Shown one piece after another: positions 28,220 through 41,943 of a DNA stretch of 64,000 nucleotides; the first letter of the stretch is position 1, and the number at the start of each line of letters is the position of its first letter. This DNA comes from Alloascoidea hylecoeti (lineage: Eukaryota). The translations under genes and the position numbers were made by a program. The stretch lies in the NCBI GenBank assembly GCA_001600815.1, contig BCKZ01000008.1, forward strand, positions 248,001 to 312,000. The letters run 5' to 3'. The notes under the pieces were generated by a model. The model was not told the origin of the DNA and did not search any database. It worked only from the letters and a program-made list of their open reading frames with translations.

Positions 28220-29934
28220 CAGAGTGATTTTGTAAAATATGTATGCAGTGTATGCATCATAAGAAACACAAAATCTAAAACTAAAACATTTTTTTAAAAC
28301 TTAACAAAATTATTTATTGTTTATATAGAATGTACACTTGTTTTATGAGACACTGGAGAATCTAATAGTTCTTATTTATAAAAAATTTAGAAGTCTTTGG
28401 CCTCGTTCGGCAGGGAATACCTCGTAAAGCTAGAGTCATGTTGTTCTCTGCATCATTTACCATTTCCCACAGTTTCATCAACGTAAATTTTCTCCATACT
28501 TCTTCTTGTGTAGCTTGATGGCATATATTTACGTGTTCCACCTGCTGAATGACATCAAAAACATCTAAAATCTGTAAAAAATAGCCTGCCAGATTCTCCA
28601 GTGTCTCACCAAATATGTGTACCAGTACCCTGCAAAAGAAATGGCACTTTTTTCATCCTCACACCATATGTAGGAAATCTTAACTCTACTAGGATCATCA
28701 AATTCCCCAATTATGACGCAATTGTCATCATTTAAGGTTACAAAAAACATTGGGACACTCCCACAAGATGTCGAATTTTAACTGATTTAGAGTCTAACAT
28801 TTCGGTTCCACGGTTGGCTAGTTTAACAGGTGTTCCTAAAAGAACTATATATCGATGGAAAAATGACCCAATGCCGTGTAGAAATAAATCGCGTCAAGGC
28901 CGCCCACGTACCATTTCCGCAGGGGATTTGAGACTTCTCAAAAGAAATGCGCTAACTAATGGTATGGTAGAAGACTTAGTTGGAGAGAGTTGACCCATTT
29001 CGCCCAGATAAACGTGCCATGAGCGCAGAGGGTTTTCATCGATGTTCAGCCTACAAACGACCTTTTATTTCCAAGAGAAACATTGTCGTTAGATATTCAT
29101 ATTCTAAGGAGCACGCTACCAAAAATATAGACTATTGGCGGAAACATTTATATGGAGACGAAGCGTCCTTTAACACATCCATCAGATGAAAAACTTGGGT
29201 CACAAGATAAGCAGCAGAAAAAATTCAATCAGGACTGCGTTGAACTTAATTTTGCAAGTGGACGTAGTTCGGTGATGATATGGGGAGGTATTGGGTTTAA
29301 TTATAAAAGTCCATTGGTGATTTTCGAAAGGAGAAGGGAAAGAGTATAAATCATTAAATGTATCTAGTAGGACCTTGTTTTAATACGATATTCAAAGGAT
29401 CAGAAGGTGCCGAGTATGTTGAAGACAAATGTGGTCGCACATGGGATAAAGTTGTTGTGTGAAGCTAAATGAATGTTGAATATTCCAATTTATAATCGTC
29501 CGGCTTCATCCCCAGACTTGAATCCGATAGAAGATATTTGGAAAATACTCAAGCAGCGCATCGAGGCTCGATTAGTATTCCAGAATACCTTAGAAAAGAT
29601 GGAAGCCCCTTTATTTGAAGAATGGAAAAGAATAACATATGAAGAAATCAATAAATATATTGAAATGCCAGCTCGAATTTCTCAACTACTTGAAAGAAAA
29701 GGGCTACATACGGATTATTGAAGCTTAAGAATAATAACGTAACTTGATTATTAAACACTATATATATGAATGTATCTGAAAAGTTTTATTTCAATTTGAT
29801 TTTAGGTAGTTTAGTTAATGCAAGAGTGCCATTTCTTTTGCAGGGTACTGGTACATTCTATATAAACAATAAATAATTTTGTTGTGTTTCTTGTACAATG
29901 CATATGAGTGCGTGTTGTTACTAAACTCACCCTA
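28220..29934. mobile_element. Long-TIR foldback/MITE with a Tc1 element nested in its right arm
   Basis: 28303-28335 is the reverse complement of 29851-29883, and 28346-28363 is the reverse complement of 28591-28608. Weaker inverted similarity extends inward and outward to CAGAGTGA (28220) and TCACCCTA-TA (29934). Outer ends are approximate. Confidence 0.65.
28622..29851 (+). mobile_element. Tc1/mariner DD34E-type transposon, 1230 bp, transposase inactivated
   Basis: Perfect 27-bp TIR CCAGTACCCTGCAAAAGAAATGGCACT with TA duplication. HTH (LTGVPKRTIYRWK), GDEAS, SVMIWGGI, VED and SPDLNPIEDIW are split over frames. The D (29424) to E (29530) spacing fits D34E with one frameshift. Confidence 0.93.
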
Positions 29935-32900
29935 TACATACCTTCGGTTTAAATTTTGTAAATATGGAAATGATAATTTAGGTAGTCATAATTAAGTCGT
30001 AACTTAATACTCTTAAATTTTCGGTTCTAAACTCTGCTCCTGGTAATGAAGATTACAATCACTGGAAATTTCTCTTCATTATACCGAAGGTTAGTCTCTA
30101 TTACCGAACAATTTTATTATATTTGCCGGACTTAAGTAGATTCATTGTGCTATTATTTTCTAGTCACATAGAAGTAAAAATTATTTCAATATTAATAATG
30201 GAGATATCATAGAGGTTATTATAATGGTAAATAGCCTCACTCTTGAACCGCAGCTGTTTATTGCTCTTTCTTTTCCTTTCTCTATTTTGTTCCTTAATCT
30301 AGTTACCTGGTTAACTACAGGATTTCCTCAAAATATTTGTTTTTGAACAAACAGTAACCCAATCCAGTAATATTAATAACTTGGCTAAAGCTCTAGAACT
30401 ATAGGCCCGACCCATTATATATGATATTAATTCACGTTTTATTTTTAATGTTAGGTATATATATCCAACATATATAATAAATAATTCAATTGCATCTATA
30501 ATTAGGAAGATTTGTTAATAAATAAAAAGGAAATCTAAATGCTCTAGCTACTAATTATAAGTTATGTAAGATAAGTATAGTTTAATTCGCACTAAATTTA
30601 GAATTCCACACAGACAATGATGGGTTTTCCGCCAGAAAGAATTATATAACCGAATATCTTTTGAACTTATGGGCTTGTCAATTTTATTTTTAATATCACC
30701 ACCTACCTACGGATCTGGATCATGTTTTCATTTGACCACCATCTACCTATACCACTTCAAGAAGATGCATATATCATACATACCATATCAATTAATATTG
30801 CAATTGCAAAAAATATATATAAATAAAATACTGATGATCTAATTCAATATAATTATATCGATCATTTCCCCTATTAAATACTTGATATTTCAACCAAACC
30901 TTCATGGTTAATTGCAAGGTATTCGGCTAGAATTAGGCTGGTGTTGTGGTCATCTAGTTTAAATTTGGAAGTTAAATATCTGAAAAAAGTTCTTAATGTA
31001 CGTTTAATACTATGTGATAATTATACCGCTAGCAAATTGAAATGTAATTGATGCTTGATATTCTTCAATCAGTTATATCAATAAAGAACTAGATTTAGAT
31101 GAATTCATTACTATTTAGTATTTTGCAACTGTAGCTTAAACCTTTTCAGCCGTATGTCACACAATTCTATCTAGAGCTTATTTTTAAATTTGTAGGTGTT
31201 GCAATTGGTTATAAAACTTTTGTTATTAATTAACTATCAGTACGGTATTCCGAAAATTTTTACTCTAATATTACATTTATAACCTTATACTATAGCAGAG
31301 GGCCGAGGTGTATCGCGAATCGAGATCATGAGTTCAATTCCCGTGAGGAGACGCAAGCTTCTTTTAAATCAGCTGCAGCTGATAATTTCAATCCCATGAA
31401 CATAACATACAATTTCAACTATCTAAATCATCAATCTGCATCTAATAACCATAGCCCATGGTATCAATTATAATGTTATATAAGTTAAGCTTAAATATTA
31501 TGTATTTAAGCTTTTATTTATATACATGCTCATAACTCGGCGTTAAGAACTCAGATTACTGCAAGTATCCATTTGCAAAAAACTCAATTGCACATCAAAC
31601 TATAACTAGGAATTAATTTAAAAACATAAATTTAAACTATCGCATATTTATAAACTACAGATGCAGCTAGACACATATGATTATGAATGATTTGATATTA
31701 ATATCCCAAATTCTAAGCCTAAGGCCTTTAATAATGGAAATCCTCCTTTCAATATTATATCATATACATTATATACAAGTATTACAAGATCTTTCAGTGA
31801 ATAATATAGTAATTGATCTTCATTAACTACATCATTTTCCTTGCAATTGAGATTGATTAATATGTCGGTTATATTCCCGACGCTGAAAACCTTTATAACT
31901 CAAAATATATCATAATATTGATGTATAATATTCATTTGTAATATTAATTGATAATATTAATATCTAATTAATTGAATAATAAGTGCTCTCCTATTTAGTA
32001 TAGTACACCTACATCTCGGGTTTCATACATTCAAGGATCATAGTACGCGTTCAAGTAATATGGAAATTGTGAACAATCATCGATCGCGATATCTTTAGGT
32101 ACATAATCATATTATAATTATACGCTTTCAAGATTTATCAGTATAAATTTCTTGTAAATAATGGATAGTTTCTATACCCATCGAGATCTCATCGCATATT
32201 TTGACATTTATAATTAATTAATAACATTGGCCAAGGACCGCCCAGCCCACAGTTGCATAACTGAAATATGGACTCAATTCAACTGAATTCACCTTACAAG
32301 AAATTATTATTCCACTTAAATACAATTACTTCCAATACTGATATAGTTTTTAGATTTCCTTCCAGAATCAGAAGTAATAAAGGCCATCTTAATAGTAGCC
32401 TTCAATTATCATGATACAAAAAAAAAAAAAGTAGCGCTCGGGCTGATTATTGGATATTTCAATTTGAATCATTTACAATTAGGTACATGTATACTGTAGA
32501 TGTATACTGTAGAAAATACTTGTAATTGATATTGTTGGAGGTGGTATGATTATACTATTGAAATCCCAAGATCTAGCTATACAAAGACATATAAAATATT
32601 TCAACCGAGAGAGGTTGTAACGGATTATAATATCCATAATTCCGCCAATATAGAAGAAGAATAAATGTTGTATTCCGCCAATTAAGTATGTTGGTAAGTT
32701 TATTAACAGTGGGATCAGATTATGTAAGTGTGTGCGGTCTTTGTAAGAACATAATTATAAGGTCTCATGATTAAAATGCCGCTTAAGCTTGAAATTTGTA
32801 TAGGCCTATATCATCACTAGCTATAGTTAACGCTGTAATTACTATGTATAGCTGTACACAGTTGTAAATAGCCAATTCTTCTAAGAAAGGAAATTTCAAT

Positions 32901-35900
32901 CACAAAAATATATGAAAAATATTATATATATATTCTTTGTTAAATCGACGCCTAGACTTATCTGACTCCAGACTAATTTCTGAGTCTTTCAAATTTATAC
33001 GTAGGAGTGAGTATCCCCCCATCTTTTCCCTCCTCCTTCTATCCGGTTAATACTTAAACCCAATTGAAAAAGACCAATAGCGAAAGTCCCTTCAACCAAC
33101 TGGGAAATTATAATAAGCTTGATCCGAAGAATATAGGTGGAGAACTTAAAAGTTTACAATAATAATATTAATTTTCACTTGAAAAACTTATAGCTAGAGT
33201 TATAATTACATATTAAGCTCCTTCCAATGTTAATGCATGTCAATCACAATAACTAATGAACGATCATTTGCAACTAATAGTTTATACAACTGCTAGTGTC
33301 AAAATTACATGATCATCGGGCTCTCACACATATTACAATTGGTAAGAAATTATGAATACATGTATATCTACATTTAGACAGATTTTCAATTTACAACTTC
33401 TTAATACAATTAGTAGCGTTTAAAAATATGCAGATAAAATTTGGTGTTCGGCAATGAATGAGATTCGTTAAATTTCATCTTGCGATTAGGATAGCTTTAG
33501 CCAATAGACTATAAATATTTATCTCATTCCAATGATGCTATACATTTATTGGGATTCCCTATTATTAATGTAAATAAACTAAATTCGAACCGGATTTAAA
33601 AGTCATAGAATCTAAATCTAAATATCAATATTAATTATAATCAGTTTTAGTTGTAATTGTAGTATTATGCTTATATATTTCAAGTCATCCATATATTTTT
33701 TCTCTATAACCTTGTTATTAGATACGTCCCACGCTCTGAGTATTATAAATAGATCAGCTCGAGATAACGTCAAATAATATATTTTGAATATGAGTCTAAT
33801 TGCAAGAAATTTTTGAATTCTAAAATAATTATAAGATCAGGTAAGTTGAGGTAACTAACAACGCCAAAAATTTTCAATTATAATTATCATTCGATCTTCC
33901 CTTCGAAATTCATATTATAAATATAATTAAGGTTTTTGATATATTTTAAACTTCTTTCTATATATTTCATAAGGTGACTTTTATTAAGGAAGATTCTTGT
34001 CCGTTACAAATGTTGCACAGATTGTCATTTTATTTCCTTTTTTGTTTATAAATTTAAATAATCATGATCATTCCAGATGTATTTGTTATTTTCACGTTTT
34101 ATATTTTAAAATTATTAACATAATTATAATTTTAATACTAATAACATTAATTTAAATACTATGTATCATTTTGATAAATTCATAATATTGTTGTTGTTAC
34201 TACTTATTACAAGTTGTTAGTAATTGTCATTATTCATAAAGTAAAAGAATACTTCCTTTCAGACTTTAGTATTAGCCTTTGAATTCTTATTATCTTGATA
34301 TGTAATAAGCATTTTAAGTGCATGACAGATCTAGATATATGTTTTTAATTGTATCCTATGCACGACATTGCAGGTCTTAACACCATGATCACAAAACTAT
34401 ATGATGCTTAGTTTTTGCTATTATATATTTTTACATACATTTATTTAATTTTAATATTGAGATATATGTAACAAACCCTTACTTAAGGTTATCATTCCGC
34501 TTTTTCTTTAGAAGGGAATGTCTCTACCTAAGATTCGCTAAATACGATAACCTATTAGACAGTTTTAGATCTTGATTAATCTCAACATCCTTTATCCGCT
34601 TTAACTTTTAATTTGTCCCTGAGCCGCGTACGATATTCAATTCCTAAAGAAGACCGATTAGACGGAATATAAGACAGATAAAAATTTTAATAATAGCAAT
34701 AATTAATTAATCCATAAATCAAAACCCTAACATATTATAACATTATCAATTGTAACAGCCAATTTTAATATATGATCAATTATAACATATATCCGATGTT
34801 TATTTTTAACTTTAAATCTATATCATTAAAATCAAAAATTCCACACGCCTAGCTTGCAAATTATAAATATATCATAATTATATGTAAGGTTTTCTGTTTT
34901 GGGTTAATTATAAGATACTTTATGTAATTATAATTAAATTTACATTTTTAAGTCAGTAACGACGGTGGGGTGGATAATAATTACTATGCCACATACACTT
35001 TATTCCAACCTCAACGGAAGCGGACCGGCGGGAAAATTGAAAGCAATTTGAAACTGCAGTTTTAATCAAACAAAAGTATCTAACTTTCATCATATAGCTT
35101 GTACATAATAAATAATGGAGACGATATAAAGACATTGATATATCGGGGGTTTTCACATTAGGTAGTATGACTTCCTTATGCAAGTAGTTTCTAGTTGGAA
35201 TTTTAATTATGCAACATAATCATAACACTATCACGTCGTACTATGATAATTTGGTGAAACCCTTATCTTATATGTAAATATTAATATTAAACGTTTTATA
35301 AAGAATCTTTCTTACTATTTTAACTGATAAACGCCCATCATCACGTTAGGTTCTAGAAAGTTTTATAATTAGATCTAGATATCTCCTAAGAAGGTATAAC
35401 CGATAACCTAGAATTATCAACATTAACAATATTGTGTAAGACATCCAAATACATGTATTTTAATGATATCATATAGATGAGCAAATTAAATCGATAATTA
35501 TAACGAGGTGAGATATTGAATTAACAGCCACGCTCAATTGCAACTAATATGTCCTTAATTTCAAGCAGTATCAATACTGCTCTATTAATTAATATATTCA
35601 TCTATCTATAAATTCAATTCAATTGCAATAAACAACGAAGATACATCTGATACATCATGATTATAAAATAACACCCTATTCATATTGCCATAGAAATGTT
35701 ACGCATATATGCAAATATCGAATGGATCAGCAATATTGTATGTTTATATATAATTACGTATTACGGAGTAAACTTAATATATCTTCTAATATATGGTATA
35801 TCGGATGATATATTATATATATATCTATATATATTCAAACATTTATCTGAAACAAAATTTTTATACAACAGATAAAGTTAAGTAAGTTAAATAACAAAAA

Positions 35901-38900
35901 GAAAACAAGAAGAACAAGCCAATGGCCAATTTCTAGTTGCTTATTGCAAAGCAGAATATATGCATCTAGATCCGAATCTTCAAGTGGGAGACTGTTCCCC
36001 TTCCAAAGTACAAGCTAGGTACTATCAAGGTGAACCCATGAGTTCGAGGAAATATAAACTTAAGCTTATAATGGGCTAACGTTGGTTAAGTGTTTGTGAT
36101 ACAACATATTTATACTTGCAGCTGAACCAATATATTCCGAGGGAGTTGTATAAAATAGTAGTCTCGTTGCTCTAGGTTAAATCAAGAAGACTATTCTAGA
36201 CAAAACCATTACTACTTTTATTGCTTCTGTGATCATTTCCGGTATTTTCCTCTCTAGGGCTTTTAATTTATAAAAGTATCTATTTTTATTTTTGTTATAT
36301 CCTTTTAAAATTATATGTTCCTGTATCTTACAAATGTTTTAAAAAGGAAAGCTTAAGCGCTAGCGCCAAATACAAGGTTTTAATGTATTTTCAATAGTTG
36401 CAACTTCAATTCTCAATTAGCAACACAAACTTATTTTAATTATCTTCTAAGATAACATGATCATAATTGAAAGGCATAATTATAAGGTGTTACTACTTCA
36501 ATAAAAAATTATTAAATTTTTCTATTTTCATTATGGATTACTATGATCCATCAATTGGTTGTCAGTTGCAAACTACTCAATCTTTTTTTATTTTTTGATG
36601 TTCTAATATACATGCTCTGATGTTCTAAACTTGTAAACAAATATCACAAATTGATTCTCAATGCCAAGGGAAAAGAGTAGCTTTAACAATCTATATAGTT
36701 GTAGGATATTTAGATTCATTACTAAATTTAAGGTTATGTGGCATGAACGGGCAATTACAACGTTGTAATATTATTGTATATTTATCAAATTAACGGTAAT
36801 TCAGATAGGTTAATCTCTAATTCTCACTCTAGATCTACCTGTGAAACAACAAGGGCTGTGCTGCACAACCAAAAAAACTGACGAAAAAGGAAAACAGAGA
36901 GAGTGATCATCTGTTGTATATTGGGAGATGAATACACTTATGAACATACTCAAATATACTCCAAGTCTTCAACCATGAGCCAACCCTATGCGACCAAAGG
37001 CGTCAAATATGATGATAGCTAACTAACTATATCTATAGCAATCACAGCAACGGGCCATAGGCAAAACCCATATCCCATATTACATAAATTATTATATATT
37101 CTAACATAATCTAATTTTACATGCTTTCCCCTTTGTCCTAATTAAAAAGTGGGTATACTGTATAAAGTTAACGAGTGGACATAAAAATTTAGATGTTGAT
37201 TTCTCTCAGCCTATATAATATACATCCATAGTTTGAATTACTTTATAGGATACTTTAAGCTTATATTATAATTAAAATCAACGGTAAAGTGAATGTTTCA
37301 TTTAAATGTTTATTTTTTTTACCCGTGCATAAAGTAGAGAAACCATTAACTGACTAATCGAGTAAAATCTGTATAATTATAACTTAGATAAAAAATAGAT
37401 TGATCTTATGATTATAAAGCATATTAACAGTTGTTAAGCCATTTCACATGATAAGCAATAATAATATTAATAACCTGCTGACTGTTCAGCATAAAATAAC
37501 ATTAAATGCTTAATTTATACATGTTATTGACATTGAGTACTCAAATAATTAAAACAATGCATGATATTTTTTAACTCATCAACCAAATATATTATAATTA
37601 AGCTTGTAGTAATTACCAGATAGTCTCAGAATGTCCGAAATTAAGTCAAATGACTTGTGAAAAATGATATATATTTATCTTTAAATATTTAAACTTTAAT
37701 TGCATGAAAGGGATTTTGAAATATGAATTATAATTAATCTTTGACATTAACGTTTGTCATTTATCAGCTCTAAGGTAATGAAATGGCTTAAAAAAGAGGT
37801 TCCTGCCGCGGGAAATATTCAATAGTTATCGGACCTAAATCTTTAAGGTATAAGGTATAGTAGCGGTTCAAATCACATTACAAGAACGTCGAAATTACAT
37901 GGGAATAAAATTCTAAAACTAATTAACAGGTCTGTCGTATCGTTGAAATTGTATAAGATACTGTATTTTAACATCAGGGACCTAAGCTTGTGTTTACATG
38001 TTCATAACATGTTTTTTTTACAGTAACCAGGTTGCAAGGGGATCCGCTTGCATAAAATTCAATATTGGAGAGACATAAATTTGTGTATTAAACTATTAAT
38101 ATACACAACTTATTCAGGACGTAACTATAAGACAGTGATATCCTCGATATAGGCCTATATAACATTATATATAAGACATGATATATGGCCTATAAATATC
38201 ATAACATAAGCTAAAGTATATATAGGTGGCATTAGGTGCCGTACTACACGTCAATTTAAATTTGAATGGTGTCACCTAAGCATGATTTCTTTTTCTTTCT
38301 TCAAACTTTTCCACTTAATTATTTAAATATTTGAGACTAAAAATAGACCTTGAAAACTTGTAATATTTGGAATAATTCCTTGAAACTGATATTTTGTAAT
38401 AAATCTTTAGTATAGAACGTAGGAAATATCTTGCAAATGTGTTAGTGCACCAAATTTGGAGTGTAAATCAAAGGCAGCATGTTTAAAACCTGTGAATTAT
38501 AATAAATAGTGAGAACTTAATCTGAGTTTCTTTTTACCCATCTTGGAAAGATTCATCTAAAAATATGATTACTTCAATATGTGTATGCATATTAAAAATG
38601 CATATGCGTATGCATTACAAGATAATAATTATCATATATAAGAAAATGTCTAGGCAATTCTATACAGAAGAGAAACTTAAGAAGGCTAAAAGAAGTTTTT
38701 TTTGAAAAACTGATGGGTCTTAATTAATAAAAACTAGTAATAGAATTAAATTTTCAAGTTAATAAAACAAAAGCAGGTTTGAATCTCAGGATTTAATAAA
38801 TATAAGATCTTCATACTTAATCTGCAGAGCCATTTATTTAAGCAGCATATATATGCATATAACATATCAGCAAAACCCCCCCACTACCACTTACCTCTCG

Positions 38901-39902
38901 GGGTAATCTAATATTTCAATCATAACAAAAGTTTTACAGTGTTAATATTTACATTCATTTAATTAAAATTACGCGTACGATATATTGAAAATGTTTGTAA
39001 TATCTAAATTTTCACTTTCCTGAAGTGAACGGTTCAAGACAGCTCTTGATCTTGCATAAAGATGGGTACATGAACCAATTGTAAATTTTAGATTTTTCTC
39101 TCTAAAGGTATGTCTGCACATATGGAGACAGATGTCGAGCGAAGTATCTGTCGTCTCGACTATCAAGCTTAAGTTCATGGTTTCTTTCAATTGGTGATTT
39201 TCCATTAAATCGGTAAGACCAACCAAGAAAAAAATGCCGTCTTTATTTAATTGAAGGAATCTTTTTGTATCATCGGAAAACTGTACGCCACTATAACTGT
39301 TTTTCTATAAAGATTTTCCCACGGCTTCTTAATTATCAAACATTTTTCTCAAACAATTCATACACGATTCATATATTTATTAAATTTTTATTTTCAATAA
39401 GTGTTATTATTTAGATTTCCCTTGTAAAAAATATTTAAGCTTAAGCACTTGTGTGTTATATATAACATTTTCGCGGCTAATTTCCTGCACATTTTAATTC
39501 CTTGATATACCTAAAGGTGTATAAAAGATGAATAAATATCAATATAGAATTTACCCATAATAATAATTAAGCTTATAATTAAAAAAAAGAAGTCATTATA
39601 ATAATTATTAATTAATACACCGATTTTGTAAATTATTCATTATTATTTATTTATAAAGACACGGAAAAGCCCCCCCTCCATAATTGTTTTCACCATTCTT
39701 ATATTTAAAAAACGAAAAAGGCTTTTTTTAAAATTTAAACGTTTCAGCATTGCTTTTAAAATTTTCATTCTTAAATAACCCAATTTTTATCATTTCTTTT
39801 ATTGATATATTAAACACCCATTTGAAATTTCAAGGATTCCCGTTATTAATTAAAGCTTTTTTGAACATACAAACAAAGAACTTATATATATTTATAAAAT
39901 AA

Positions 39903-41943
39903 ATGTCTTACTTCAACGTTAATGGAAATATTACTCCACAAGATGACACAGATATTGAATCATCCAATAATCAAACACCTATAACTGATGGTGGAATAGA
40001 TAAATTAGAACATCCAATTTTTCATAAAACATTACATCCTATTGATGTATGGCGAGAATGGTATGGTAAAAATGAAGAAGTAATAAAAAAATATAGTATA
40101 AAAGAGACAACAAGAGAATTAGATTTAAAAGATGAAAATGATGATGAAGAATCAATTAATAAAAATAAAAATTGTTTAAGATTTAAGAGTTTTTATGAAT
40201 ATACTGATTCTTTAAATCAAAAAGTTGTTTGGAAACCGTATCTTACTGGTGAAGAAAGATTAGAACTTGATAATCAATTAAGAGTAAGTACCATCTAATT
40301 TTATTATAATATTATTTTAATATCTTTGAGATAATTATAATTAAATAATAATTAACATTTTTTGACACATTTTATAGGTATTTATGAAAGGTCATATAGG
40401 TTTTAGGCCGAAACCTTATCAATGTATTGGATCATCACCAACTGAACCATTAACTATTGAACAAAATAAAAATAATGGACGAAGTAATTCATTACCAACA
40501 TCAAGTTTAGCAAATTCAGCATCTGTTATGTTTGCAAGTTCAATAGCAAAACCGAAACCAACATTACAAGAAGAACATAATTCCGTGAATGTTAAAAAAG
40601 AACAACAATTACAATGTTTTAATTATAATTATGAATCATCGTCATCATCTAAATGTTTCGGAAATGGGAAAGGCACTGGAAATAGTGCTGATAATTATAA
40701 TACAATAACACGGTCCAAAAGTTCAGGTCAACTTTATAATAATAATGGTGTTAGTCAACAACTTGAAATTGTCGGAGAAGAACAAAATTCAAATTCGTTT
40801 AATCAATATGGATTATCTGGAGAAGATAATATAACAATTCGGAATCAACTTAATCTACATATGATCAAAAGGGAAAATTCTTATGATTTATTAGTCCCAT
40901 CAAATATAATTGGTAATAATAATAGAATTTCTAAACAACCAGCAACAATATCAAGAAAAAGATCTAAATATTCAATAAAATCAACGGCTTCAAATGCATC
41001 ATCTCCAATGTCGATTATATCAACTGGTGGATTTCCTCCAATTACCAATTCCAATACAAATACAAACACAAATTCAAAACCTATAATAACTACAACCACA
41101 AATACAGCTGGTAGTTTATATTTTAGTAACAATAATAGTTTAAATAATTTCCCAATATCTAATTATTCAGAACAAGAAATTAATGAACAAAGTCCAACTT
41201 CAAGTATTGAAAATTGGTCACAAGCAAATTCTCCACCTACATGTTATTCTACATATAATTCAACAGTTGAAGAAACAATAAATGATAATTATGGGGATTC
41301 ATTTCATTGTTGTACTAGTAAACCAATTACATCTGTTAATGTTAAACTTGAACGGGATTCAAACTCAATTACAAATGTAAATTCAAATTCAAATTCGATA
41401 GATTTAACATCATATCCAATCACAAGTTATAATAATTCATCATATCAAATGAATAATAATGATGATCAGTCAATAGAAATGGCTCAATTAGGAACAGAAA
41501 GAAATTCAATTTCATTAATGTCTGTAAATAATGATTTATATTCATTAAGCATAAATAATAATACAAGAAATGATTCATTAAATTCACTTAATTCATTACA
41601 TGCACAACAAGGTGAAAATTTAAAAGGTCTTGAATCAAACTCTTCAAATTCAATCTCAGGAACTAATATGAATAACTTGAACATAGAAAATCAAAATCAA
41701 GTAATGAATTTAAATTATGCACCAATAACAATTAATAATCTAAGTCATAATAATAATGGAACATATTATTATCAAAATCAGGCCCAAATTCAAAATGACA
41801 ATCAAAATTCCGATACTTTTAATGTTAATATTAATGATAATGAACCTATTTTAAAATTTAATCATATTATTCATCATCAAGAATTATCAGCTTCACCATC
41901 AACTGTTGGTTATAATTACAGATATACAAATTCTTTCTGTTAA
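39903..41943 (+). CDS. Putative transcription factor: N-terminal Gcr1_C-like domain, long N/S-rich tail, one intron
   Basis: Intron 40284-40377 (GTAAGT..ATTAAC..TAG) joins the two track ORFs in frame (DNQLR|VFMKG). IDVWREWYG resembles the Gcr1/Msn1/Hot1 DNA-binding motif. The gene model is solid; the domain call is weak. Confidence 0.55.

Noticed and set aside
35970..36080. LQVGD..KVQARY..YKLKL peptide resembling the Gypsy integrase GPY/F tail
   Set aside because: Too short and gapped to support.
34953..39226. Short ORFs in the desert (34953-35183, 38969-39226)
   Set aside because: Non-ATG starts, no motifs and no host-like codon bias.
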